Shown here in pieces: positions 29,730-37,785 of a stretch of 64,000 bases of DNA. Each line of letters opens with the position of its first letter. The first letter of the stretch is position 1. Source of the DNA: a virus (lineage: Duplodnaviria; Caudoviricetes); IMG/VR virus record IMGVR_UViG_3300020578_000065, positions 986-64,985 of that record. One strand, given 5' to 3'. The notes beneath the pieces are model-generated. The model saw only the letters and a list, made by a program, of their open reading frames with translations. It had not been told where the DNA came from and searched no databases. A program made the position numbers and the translations under genes.

Positions 29730-29953
29730 GGCTTCTTTATCTCGCTCCTGACGAAATTAAGAAGCTCATAGATCAATACGAAAAAGACGTTAATACAATT
29801 AAAAAAAATGCTCTATCAATAGCATGGTATATGCGTGGTGGTATTTCCTATACAGATGTTTTAAACTTAAGTCAAGAGGAATATGACATGTGTAATAAAT
29901 TAATTGAGCAAAATCTTGAAACAACCAAAAAGAGTAATTTACCATTCTTTTAA
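29717..29953 (+). CDS. -1 frame extension of the gp26-like gene (gp51-like segment), probably made by programmed frameshift
   Basis: 78 open codons (FFRLRLLYLAPDEIKKLIDQYEKD...WYMRGGISY...LETTKKSNLPFF*) begin at slippery T TTT TTC (29717-29723), immediately after an in-frame TGA, with no start codon until the internal Met. Confidence 0.65.
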   Translation, partial: FFRLRLLYLAPDEIKKLIDQYEKDVNTIKKNALSIAWYMRGGISYTDVLNLSQEEYDMCNKLIEQNLETTKKSNLPFF

Positions 29954-30362
29954 AGTTGTCCTACGGACAACTACTTCGTTCGCTATCGCTCACTCAGTTT
30001 CTTTTAAATTATTCTTGGATTTATATATTTTGCCGCTTTGAAGCCATGGTAGTGCTATTACAGCACTACCAAAGATTGAACTTGCCTGCCCATCATCCAT
30101 GTCGTTTGTTCCCATAATACTATCCTGTTTTGATGTATTATGCTACCGGTTATACTGTAAAGTTTATGGACTGTAGTTGTAGACTCATCATCTACTATAA
30201 CGCATGTTACATATCCGCAAAACGAAATAAGATATGTACTCATTGAGGGTTCGCAAACCTTTCGATTGCCCTCTCGGTATACGATACTATAAAAGTATCT
30301 TTACTCCAGATCCGCAGGCTACTGGCTTCCCAGGCTTGCTCAAGGAGGATAGTTAAACTATC
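29954..30362 (-). ncRNA. Candidate large structured non-coding RNA
   Basis: About 400 nt non-coding in a gene-dense genome, GC-richer than its flanks, with at least 8 hairpins, a long-range closing helix and a 7-bp crossing (pseudoknot) pairing. Strand inferred from G-U pairs and a GAAA loop. Confidence 0.6.
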
Positions 30363-30942
30363 AATTAAGTTTTGTGCTAACTAAAGTATTGGTATTTGTA
30401 TCAAGTGTTATAGTATTCGACTTGGTGTCTATAGAGATATTAGAGTATTTTTTAACGAAATCTTTATTCAATTTAAAAAAGTGATCAAAATCAATTATTA
30501 ACCAATCACCCAATTTATTACTAGTATAATACATAAATTGATCAGTGACCCAAGTGTATTTGCTTTGTACGCATACAAAACGTCCCTTGCGGTTAAATTT
30601 CATAAACAGTATATTAAAATCATCAGATTCAGCTACAGCCATCATTTGTTCTAACCAACCATCTAATACTTTACAGTCGCCCATTAGTACTAAATGAAAT
30701 GGAAAATCAGCGTAACTCTTACATTCTGCATTAAATTTTGGGAAACTCTGTCCTGGAACAATGTCACCCTTAAAACTACGTATTTGGCCTTCGTGTAATA
30801 TCTGTGTACGAACTTGATTTTTGCCGCCCACATATGCGCCGCTGCCCGGAGCACGTATAAAACTTTCGCGGTATAGGTTGCTTAAAAAAGCAGCAATTTC
30901 ACGTTCAAAACTTGAACCCTTTTGTTTTTGTGGGCTAGGCAT
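30361..30942 (-). CDS. Holliday junction resolvase-like PD-(D/E)xK nuclease (Hjc-type)
   Basis: KQKGSSFEREIA, RAPGSGA, GDIV, AECKSY. Confidence 0.8.
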   Translation of the reverse strand: MPSPQKQKGSSFEREIAAFLSNLYRESFIRAPGSGAYVGGKNQVRTQILHEGQIRSFKGDIVPGQSFPKFNAECKSYADFPFHLVLMGDCKVLDGWLEQMMAVAESDDFNILFMKFNRKGRFVCVQSKYTWVTDQFMYYTSNKLGDWLIIDFDHFFKLNKDFVKKYSNISIDTKSNTITLDTNTNTLVSTKLN

Positions 30943-30950
30943 ATTGTTAG

Positions 30951-32153
30951 TTATTCGTAAAATTTGTTATGAAATATTTTCTTACTTATTAATACACTTT
31001 GGTTGTGTTTGGTAATTTCCTTTACACCGTTAAGAAAATAAGTTAATTGATCTTGATTTAAATTACACAATCTTTCAATTTCTAACAGTATACAATATAG
31101 TCTCTCATTGTCATCTAAAACTGTATCATAGAACTCATTAATGTAAGGGCTAAATGTTTTGTATCCTATCTCTTTAAGTTTTTCTAGAAAATTAGGAACG
31201 CTTACTACGATAAAAGGATGTCCACACAATATAGGCTTGAAAATTTTCTCGCTTAATAATCTACCAGATTGATTATTTAAATGTGGTGCAGTACCAGTAT
31301 AAAAGTTAGTTTCAGTGATTACACTAAAATATGAATCTTTATAATACTTTATTAATTTTGGTTCTAAAGCTACACGATTTGTTTTTAAATCTGTAGTATC
31401 TACATATAGTGAAGGACTGTTAATTAAAGACTCTTTATTTTTATCTAAAGAATTTTTTATAATTGCATAATGTTTACTTAATTCTATAATTTCATCCCAT
31501 ATGTTTGACCAATTTTTATTATCATCAGCCTCACCTAAACTTACAAAGCCCTTATCAATTAAATTAAAATCTTTTAGCAGAGCAACTAATGTTACTCTAT
31601 GTGGGCGCCATCTGCGATTTAGACATAAGAATTTCTTATCATATTCTTTAGTCTGCAATATATTTACATTTTGGTTACGTATAAGTTTACTACATTTTTG
31701 TATGTCGTACTCTCCCTGACGTAACCATTCTGCTTTAATTAATTCTTTATTATAAATTTTACTTACACTGAGAATTTTATCAAATATGTCACTAGATTCA
31801 CTGCATAGTATTATTTGTGATTCAGGTATATGCTGCTCAATTACTATATTGGTATAGATACTGTCTACAACATCATGGAATGATTCATAGGAGTTGTTTA
31901 GTACCAAAAATATATCTTTGTTTATTATTTTATTTAAAATTTCAAAATTAATAAATGAATTTAATTTAAATTTGTTAAGACTTTTTGCTGAATTAAATTC
32001 CAGATAATATACAGGCAATTCAGAAAAATTACGAAAGCGTAACGAAATACCTCCATAACCCTGAACCATTTTACTAGTATGAACTTGTATTAGTTCGTCT
32101 TTGATATCATCACTATACAAATAGTAAATTTTGTCAGGATTTAGTATTGGCAT
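30951..32153 (-). CDS. Putative glycosyltransferase-related protein (GT10/exostosin-like C-terminus)
   Basis: KKFLCLNRRWRPHR, SYFSVITET, LSEKIFKPI...HPFIVV, LKEIGYKTF; visibly more AT-rich than its neighbours. Confidence 0.5.
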   Translation of the reverse strand: MPILNPDKIYYLYSDDIKDELIQVHTSKMVQGYGGISLRFRNFSELPVYYLEFNSAKSLNKFKLNSFINFEILNKIINKDIFLVLNNSYESFHDVVDSIYTNIVIEQHIPESQIILCSESSDIFDKILSVSKIYNKELIKAEWLRQGEYDIQKCSKLIRNQNVNILQTKEYDKKFLCLNRRWRPHRVTLVALLKDFNLIDKGFVSLGEADDNKNWSNIWDEIIELSKHYAIIKNSLDKNKESLINSPSLYVDTTDLKTNRVALEPKLIKYYKDSYFSVITETNFYTGTAPHLNNQSGRLLSEKIFKPILCGHPFIVVSVPNFLEKLKEIGYKTFSPYINEFYDTVLDDNERLYCILLEIERLCNLNQDQLTYFLNGVKEITKHNQSVLISKKIFHNKFYE

Positions 32154-33919
32154 TACATTGCATATTCGGCAGAAGCATTGTATGTTGTAAAGCCATTTTC
32201 TTTTACAACCTTAAGTACACTAGGAACACGCCCCGCTAATTCCTCACGATGCGAAACTAGCCATACTGATTTGTTTCTATTGCGTGACATGTCTTTGAGA
32301 ATAGCCATGCTATTTTCTACGCCCATACTATCCATACCACTATCAATTAATTCGTCAATAAATAATGTGTTAATTGGACTATATAAACTTTCCCATACAT
32401 CACGGAAAGCAAATGATAGACCCAGTATTAATCTATTGCGTTCACCACGACTTAGATTATCGAAATCAAGTTCGCGTCCATACTCAGTTATCTCAACAGA
32501 TAGATCGTTTAAAAATATTACTTGATGAGGTAATCCGATTCTATCAAGGTAGTGTGTGAGCCTTGCATTGAGATAACTGAGATTTTGATCAATAATTTTC
32601 TTACGTACAAAACTGTCTTTGCTGGTTAATAAATCTAATAAGAACTTTTGATGGTCAAGAACTCTATTGTATGTGTTGATATTACTAAAGTCAACGATTT
32701 GTAATGCTTGATTCTCCATCTCACTTATTTGATCAGTATATGGATTTTCATCACTTTCTTTTTCATCTATAGATTTAACAAGACTGTCAACCATACTACG
32801 ATGTTGGAACGCCTCTTGCTCTGTGTCGTAATATAGTTTTGGTTGTTTACCTATAGGACCCAATGCTATTTTAGCAGATTTAAGTTCATGTAAAAATTCA
32901 GTATGTTCGGTAATTGCTTTATTACTTTCTGCTTTGGCTAATTGTTTTTCTTTTAATACAGTAGCATGTTTATCATCGTGCAAGTCTTGCCCACAAGCAT
33001 AACACTTGTGTTCAGCAAGTTGTTCTAGTTCCTTTTCTACCTTCTTAAGATTTTTTTCTTCTTTGTGAATATCATCTTCAGTGCGCGAGATGTTTTTGTC
33101 GATATCAGCCATGTCTTTTTTACGCTGATTATACTCAGACAAATCTTTGTGACCTTGTAACTCAACATCAATGTCTAACTTCTTAAGTTCTTCAAGGTCA
33201 TCCTTTAACCTCTTTAAATCTTCGTTGTGCTTGGCATCCCACAACTTTGACCTTCGTTTTAGGTTTTCAATTTGTTCTTGTATACGTTTGTTTGCTTCTT
33301 CAACTGCTTTGTTCTTGTATTCTTCTTCGGTTAGTTTATCTTTAGTTAATTTAATTTGTTCTTTGATAAGGTCTGCTTTTTCCGAGAGTAATGTTATGCC
33401 AAGCAACTGTTCGATAATGTTACGTTGATCATTAGCCTTCATGGCTAAAAAAGGTTCACTATAGGTATTTAGCGCAACAATATGTTTAAACATATCAGGT
33501 GTCATGTTTAACGCACGTTCAATATGCTCTTGTGTTTCTTTATTCTCACCCTGAGCATCGTTCACACATTCTTCTTCTTTGTTATCTACATAAAACTTAA
33601 GTATATTTGGCTTGCGTCCACGTTCAATCTTATAATCAACTCCGTTTACAGTAAATTCAAGTGTAACCATCATGCCTTTGGCATTAGTGCGATTGATTAA
33701 ATTATCTTTACGAATTTGATTGATTGGAGTACCAAACAATACATATGAAAGACCTTGGATTAGGGTAGTTTTACCAGTACCATTTCTAGCACCATCTCCC
33801 CCTAAATCAAGATTCTCACCCAGTATTAATGTTAATTCTTTGCTATCAAAGTTCACAGCCTGTGTAACTGCACCAATAGACAAAAAATTTCTTAATGTAA
33901 TATTTTTTAATAGTATCAT
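32153..33919 (-). CDS. gp46: Recombination endonuclease ATPase subunit (gp46/SbcC/Rad50)
   Basis: RNFLSIG, NGTGKTT, coiled coil with CYAC zinc hook, LSRGE, LFIDE, VSH. Confidence 0.95.
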   Translation of the reverse strand: MILLKNITLRNFLSIGAVTQAVNFDSKELTLILGENLDLGGDGARNGTGKTTLIQGLSYVLFGTPINQIRKDNLINRTNAKGMMVTLEFTVNGVDYKIERGRKPNILKFYVDNKEEECVNDAQGENKETQEHIERALNMTPDMFKHIVALNTYSEPFLAMKANDQRNIIEQLLGITLLSEKADLIKEQIKLTKDKLTEEEYKNKAVEEANKRIQEQIENLKRRSKLWDAKHNEDLKRLKDDLEELKKLDIDVELQGHKDLSEYNQRKKDMADIDKNISRTEDDIHKEEKNLKKVEKELEQLAEHKCYACGQDLHDDKHATVLKEKQLAKAESNKAITEHTEFLHELKSAKIALGPIGKQPKLYYDTEQEAFQHRSMVDSLVKSIDEKESDENPYTDQISEMENQALQIVDFSNINTYNRVLDHQKFLLDLLTSKDSFVRKKIIDQNLSYLNARLTHYLDRIGLPHQVIFLNDLSVEITEYGRELDFDNLSRGERNRLILGLSFAFRDVWESLYSPINTLFIDELIDSGMDSMGVENSMAILKDMSRNRNKSVWLVSHREELAGRVPSVLKVVKENGFTTYNASAEYAM

Positions 33920-34935
33920 AGATTCTTATAAATCTCTAGCAATAATTTTTGGTCATAAAATTGACTTTCAATATTGCTGATTTGATCTAATATTATCTGA
34001 TCAACACTTTCGAATTTCAACTCACCTGGAGCAAGATCAAGTGTGTGCTGATCAAGTTTTATGGGTATTAATCCCATCTCACGTAATTGATGCTTTGGTA
34101 CAAGTGTTTCTTTAATGTAATTTGCCTCTTCATAACTAATATCAATATCAAGATGTACACGAATACTACTGCGTGGTAATAGATATCCGTCAGGATTTTC
34201 TAATACTTCACTTAATTTATAAACTCTAAATGTTGGTTGTTTAGGCCATGATTTGAATATAGGATCCTCTCCCCATTCAATTATCATCATGCCACGTGCG
34301 TCATCACCTGCATCAGCATAGTTGTGTGGGAAAGCATTGCCCATATACCATATATTTTTACGCGATTGTCTTTTGTGAAAATGTCCTGAATATACTTGTT
34401 CAAATCCAACTACATGTTCATCGCTAATTTCACCATGATCTGGCATTTCTACCATGGCATTCATATAGAAGCGTGGCAACTCAAGATGCGAAAACAAATA
34501 TTTTGTTGCTTTGATCTTGGGCAGTTTCTTATATTCATCTCCTACTAACCATGGCGCGATAGTGACATCGCCTTCACTAAACCAGTCATTGATGATATGC
34601 ACGTTTGGCAGATGCCTTGCCCACTCAACACTATGTATATCTCTGCGGTCACGATAATAAAGATCGTGATTGCCTGGAATAAAATAAACACTATCAAAAT
34701 TGTCATTTAATTTTTCTAATGCACGTAATCCATATTGCATAGTATGGATATTAATACTGGCACGATGATGATTATAATCACCTAAGAAAAAGCATGTCTT
34801 ACAACCTTCACTTTTAGCAGTTTCTATGAACCAATCAATGAAATCGGCGCAATCTTGATTATGTTCCAGACTATTTGACTTTAAACCAAAATGTATATCT
34901 GTAAAGATTGCTGCCTTCTTAAATAAGTTAGACAT
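33916..34935 (-). CDS. gp47: Recombination endonuclease nuclease subunit (gp47/SbcD/Mre11)
   Basis: TDIHFG, LGD, GNHD, SHLE, SGHFH metallophosphoesterase motifs. Confidence 0.95.
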   Translation of the reverse strand: MSNLFKKAAIFTDIHFGLKSNSLEHNQDCADFIDWFIETAKSEGCKTCFFLGDYNHHRASINIHTMQYGLRALEKLNDNFDSVYFIPGNHDLYYRDRRDIHSVEWARHLPNVHIINDWFSEGDVTIAPWLVGDEYKKLPKIKATKYLFSHLELPRFYMNAMVEMPDHGEISDEHVVGFEQVYSGHFHKRQSRKNIWYMGNAFPHNYADAGDDARGMMIIEWGEDPIFKSWPKQPTFRVYKLSEVLENPDGYLLPRSSIRVHLDIDISYEEANYIKETLVPKHQLREMGLIPIKLDQHTLDLAPGELKFESVDQIILDQISNIESQFYDQKLLLEIYKNL

Positions 34936-34979
34936 CTATATATTTTATCTAAGTTGTTGATTTACTTAAAGTTTTTTGG

Positions 34980-35879
34980 TTATTCTTCATATTGATTGAA
35001 TTTTGTTCCACTCATTTGACGAGTAAAACTTGGGTTCAATCCATTCATTTCAAGAATATCATCACGAATATTTTGATTACGCTTTTCAGTATTCAATACA
35101 CGGCAGAAACTATTTGTGATAGCAGCAGTGTAATAAGCGAATGGATTAGCACTCTTTGCTTCATTGAAACGTAATCCAACATATGTCAATTGAAGTATGG
35201 CACTGTTACGCATTTCATCGTTGTATGTGTAACCGCGCCAGTTAAACTTCATGGCATATTTTTCGCAAAGCATGATAAACATACGTGCTAACTTATCAGT
35301 TAGTTTACCATGATCTTTACTAAACTGACCGGTCTTAACACCGCCCTTCCAATGACTTTTACCTACGCATATTGCACTATTGTTTTGATCTAACTTGTAG
35401 TGTTGGAACGGTGGAAAGTTCACCTTAACATGAACCATATCATCCACATCATCTTTGGTATAATCTTCAAGGTCAAGGTCGGCAAATAGGTTCTCTTCAC
35501 TATCTTCAAATTCAAGTATATCTAATGCTGTTTTCTTTTTTACAACCTTACGTGGTTGCTTTGGACTAACTGGGATATGATCCCAAGTCATAACACGAAA
35601 TACTAGATCAGTTACAGGAATATCTTTTAATTTTACTTCTTGTCCTGTTTGATTTAGTATTCTTGCTGCTCTTGCTTCTCTAGCAGCCTTAATGTTTTTG
35701 GGTCTTGATAATTGATCTAATGACTTTTCTAATGCACTTTGTGGCATATCAATGATTAGATCGTATTGATGATATTCCTGCCTAGCATAGCAGCAATATG
35801 ATGTTTTGCTAGCGTGAATCTCTTTGAGAATATCTTTATTGTTTAAATAATTTACAGGTTTCTTAATTGTTATAGACAT
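34980..35879 (-). CDS. gp55: Late transcription sigma factor (gp55-like)
   Basis: NYLNNKDILKEI, NWRGYTYNDEM, FNEAKSANPFAYYT...F...LNTEKRNQNI; ATG at 35879 behind an AGAGGA RBS. Confidence 0.88.
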   Translation of the reverse strand: MSITIKKPVNYLNNKDILKEIHASKTSYCCYARQEYHQYDLIIDMPQSALEKSLDQLSRPKNIKAAREARAARILNQTGQEVKLKDIPVTDLVFRVMTWDHIPVSPKQPRKVVKKKTALDILEFEDSEENLFADLDLEDYTKDDVDDMVHVKVNFPPFQHYKLDQNNSAICVGKSHWKGGVKTGQFSKDHGKLTDKLARMFIMLCEKYAMKFNWRGYTYNDEMRNSAILQLTYVGLRFNEAKSANPFAYYTAAITNSFCRVLNTEKRNQNIRDDILEMNGLNPSFTRQMSGTKFNQYEE

Positions 35880-35905
35880 AGTTCCTCTATTAATATGTTG
35901 CGTAA

Positions 35906-35934
35906 ATGATACATGGCCTGGCAACCTTTGTCAA
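35906..35934 (-). promoter_or_regulatory. Sigma70-type promoter for gp55 (TTGACA-N17-TATCAT)
   Basis: TTGACA at 35934-35929 and TATCAT at 35911-35906. Confidence 0.75.
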
Positions 35935-35966
35935 GCCTAATTAACAAAAACGGTGATTTTTAGGGT

Positions 35967-35996
35967 GATAAATAATACACAGACATGCTATTTATA
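35967..35996. promoter_or_regulatory. Opposed late promoters: GATAAATA (+, 35967-35974) and TATAAATA (-, 35996-35989)
   Basis: T4 late-promoter consensus on both strands at the gp55/baseplate divergence. Confidence 0.6.
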
Positions 35997-36018
35997 CTAG
36001 CATTACAGGGTAAAAATA

Positions 36019-37461
36019 ATGGCTACTTGTATAGAACTATTTGAAATCGCTTTTGCAGATGCTAGAAATTTAGGCAATTATGAAGGCGAAATCGAAAACG
36101 TCCGTAGAGACATATTTAGTGCCACATATGGTCCACCTGCCACAAGAATTAGTAGGATTGAAGATTATAAAAATCAAGTAAGTTCTATAAAAAATAAACT
36201 TCAAACTCTTTTGGCTCAAGCAAAGCAAGGTACAGATTCAAATTGTCCCGCCGCCATCAGAGACATCGAAAAGTTTATCATACAGGCTGATTCTGTAATA
36301 AGCAAAGCCAATGCTGCACAGACTGAAACCAAAGCCAGAGCGGAAGAGAATGCGAAAAAAGAAGCAGAAGCCGCTGCTGCGGCAGCAGCAAAAACAAATA
36401 ATCAAGGTACCGGCGCTCCAGGCACTGCAGGACAAGGTACTACCGGAGCAACGGGCGCTACGGGAGCAAGTAAACCAGCAACGCCACAAGGTGTAGGCGC
36501 TACAGGAGCAACAGGAGCAACGGGGCCAGTAACTGGTGCAACAGGACCAACAACCCCGCAAGGTGCGGGCGCGACCGGCGCAAAAGGTGCAACCGGCGCA
36601 GTTGGCGCAGGCAGTCCATCACCGGGCGCAACGGCTACTACCCCAGCAACTACTCCGGCTACAGCACCCAGTACTTCAAATAAGAATGGACTTACCAATC
36701 AAGCAAGAGATCAAGTAGCAGTAGGCGAAGCAGTTAATATTCAACATAAAGGTGATTGGCGCGTTAGATTGAGTTTGGCTGTAAATTCAAATTACTTTTA
36801 TAATTCAAGTGATAACAAAACAATTTTATTACCACTGAAAGCAACCAATGGCATTGTATTTCCATACACACCACAAATTTCAGTAAATTATAGTGCCAAA
36901 TATGATAGCAATAATCCTGCACATAGCAATTTTAATATTAGCCAATATCAATATAGTCAAGTAGAAGATATTAATATTGCTTGCGACTTTACAGCACAGT
37001 CAACGCCAGAAGCAAATTACGTATTAGCAGTAATACATTTTTTACGTAGTGCTACAAAAATGTTTTATGGCAAGGATACTGATCCTATTGCAGGTACCCC
37101 TCCTCCATTAGTTTACTTAACAGGATTAGGATCATATCAATTTAATGGTCATCCAATGGCTATATCAGGATTTACATATTCATTACCAAATGATGTAGAT
37201 TATATTCAAACGGGAAAAATAGATATTCCCTCAGGTCAAGGCAACTCATCAGGACAAGCAGGATCAGGTGGTAACCCAGAACCAGCGCAGTTTGATACAG
37301 AGGACATGCCAACTTATATACCCACAAAGATTTTAATTACGATCAGATGTATACCAATGGTGGCTAGAAATACAATTAGCAACGAATTTAGTTTAAGGGA
37401 CTATGCATCTGGCAAACTATTATTAGGTAAAAATAATAGAACAGGCGGAGGTATTTGGTAA
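36019..37461 (+). CDS. Baseplate/tail-tube initiator protein (gp48/gp54-like C-terminal domain) with N-terminal helical domain and collagen-like linker
   Basis: DWRVRLSL, GIVFPYTPQI, HFLRSATKMFYG, GTPPPLV.L.G.G; GAT repeats at about 36400-36630. Confidence 0.7.
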   Translation: MATCIELFEIAFADARNLGNYEGEIENVRRDIFSATYGPPATRISRIEDYKNQVSSIKNKLQTLLAQAKQGTDSNCPAAIRDIEKFIIQADSVISKANAAQTETKARAEENAKKEAEAAAAAAAKTNNQGTGAPGTAGQGTTGATGATGASKPATPQGVGATGATGATGPVTGATGPTTPQGAGATGAKGATGAVGAGSPSPGATATTPATTPATAPSTSNKNGLTNQARDQVAVGEAVNIQHKGDWRVRLSLAVNSNYFYNSSDNKTILLPLKATNGIVFPYTPQISVNYSAKYDSNNPAHSNFNISQYQYSQVEDINIACDFTAQSTPEANYVLAVIHFLRSATKMFYGKDTDPIAGTPPPLVYLTGLGSYQFNGHPMAISGFTYSLPNDVDYIQTGKIDIPSGQGNSSGQAGSGGNPEPAQFDTEDMPTYIPTKILITIRCIPMVARNTISNEFSLRDYASGKLLLGKNNRTGGGIW

Positions 37462-37775
37462 TGTCAATTAATAATTTGTATCCAGCAACCAGTCCTTATT
37501 TTACTACAGATGTTGTTAATAACAAATATTTGAATATCATGTCTGATAGACCTTTTCCTGCTAATCCTGATGATATACTTTATACTATACCAAAAATTTA
37601 TGAATTTAGACCAGACTTGTGTGCTTATAATTTTTATCAAGATAGTAGATTATGGTGGGTATTTGCTGCTAGAAATCCTAATAGATTAGGACCAGATCCA
37701 TATTTTAATTTTATTGCTGGTGTAGATATCTATATACCTAAAATAACAACATTAAGAACTTATTTAAGAATATAA
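37461..37775 (+). CDS. Baseplate wedge protein (gp53-like, LysM-type)
   Basis: RPDLCAYNFYQDSRLWWVFAARNP...IYIP; TAATG coupling to the upstream gene. Confidence 0.8.
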   Translation: MSINNLYPATSPYFTTDVVNNKYLNIMSDRPFPANPDDILYTIPKIYEFRPDLCAYNFYQDSRLWWVFAARNPNRLGPDPYFNFIAGVDIYIPKITTLRTYLRI

Positions 37776-37785
37776 AGGTAGTTGA

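Noticed and set aside
30058-30243. 61-aa ORF inside the structured region
   Set aside because: No RBS or recognisable protein features; the sequence is better explained by base-paired stems, though a peptide cannot be fully excluded.
30030-30362. Assignment as RNase P RNA, tmRNA or group I/II intron
   Set aside because: It lacks the exact GAGGAAAGUCC core, tRNA-like ends, and group I P7 or group II domain V consensus, and it does not interrupt a gene.
35880-35924. Upstream TTG start for gp55 in the ORF track
   Set aside because: It falls inside the sigma70 promoter spacer; ATG at 35879 has a proper RBS.
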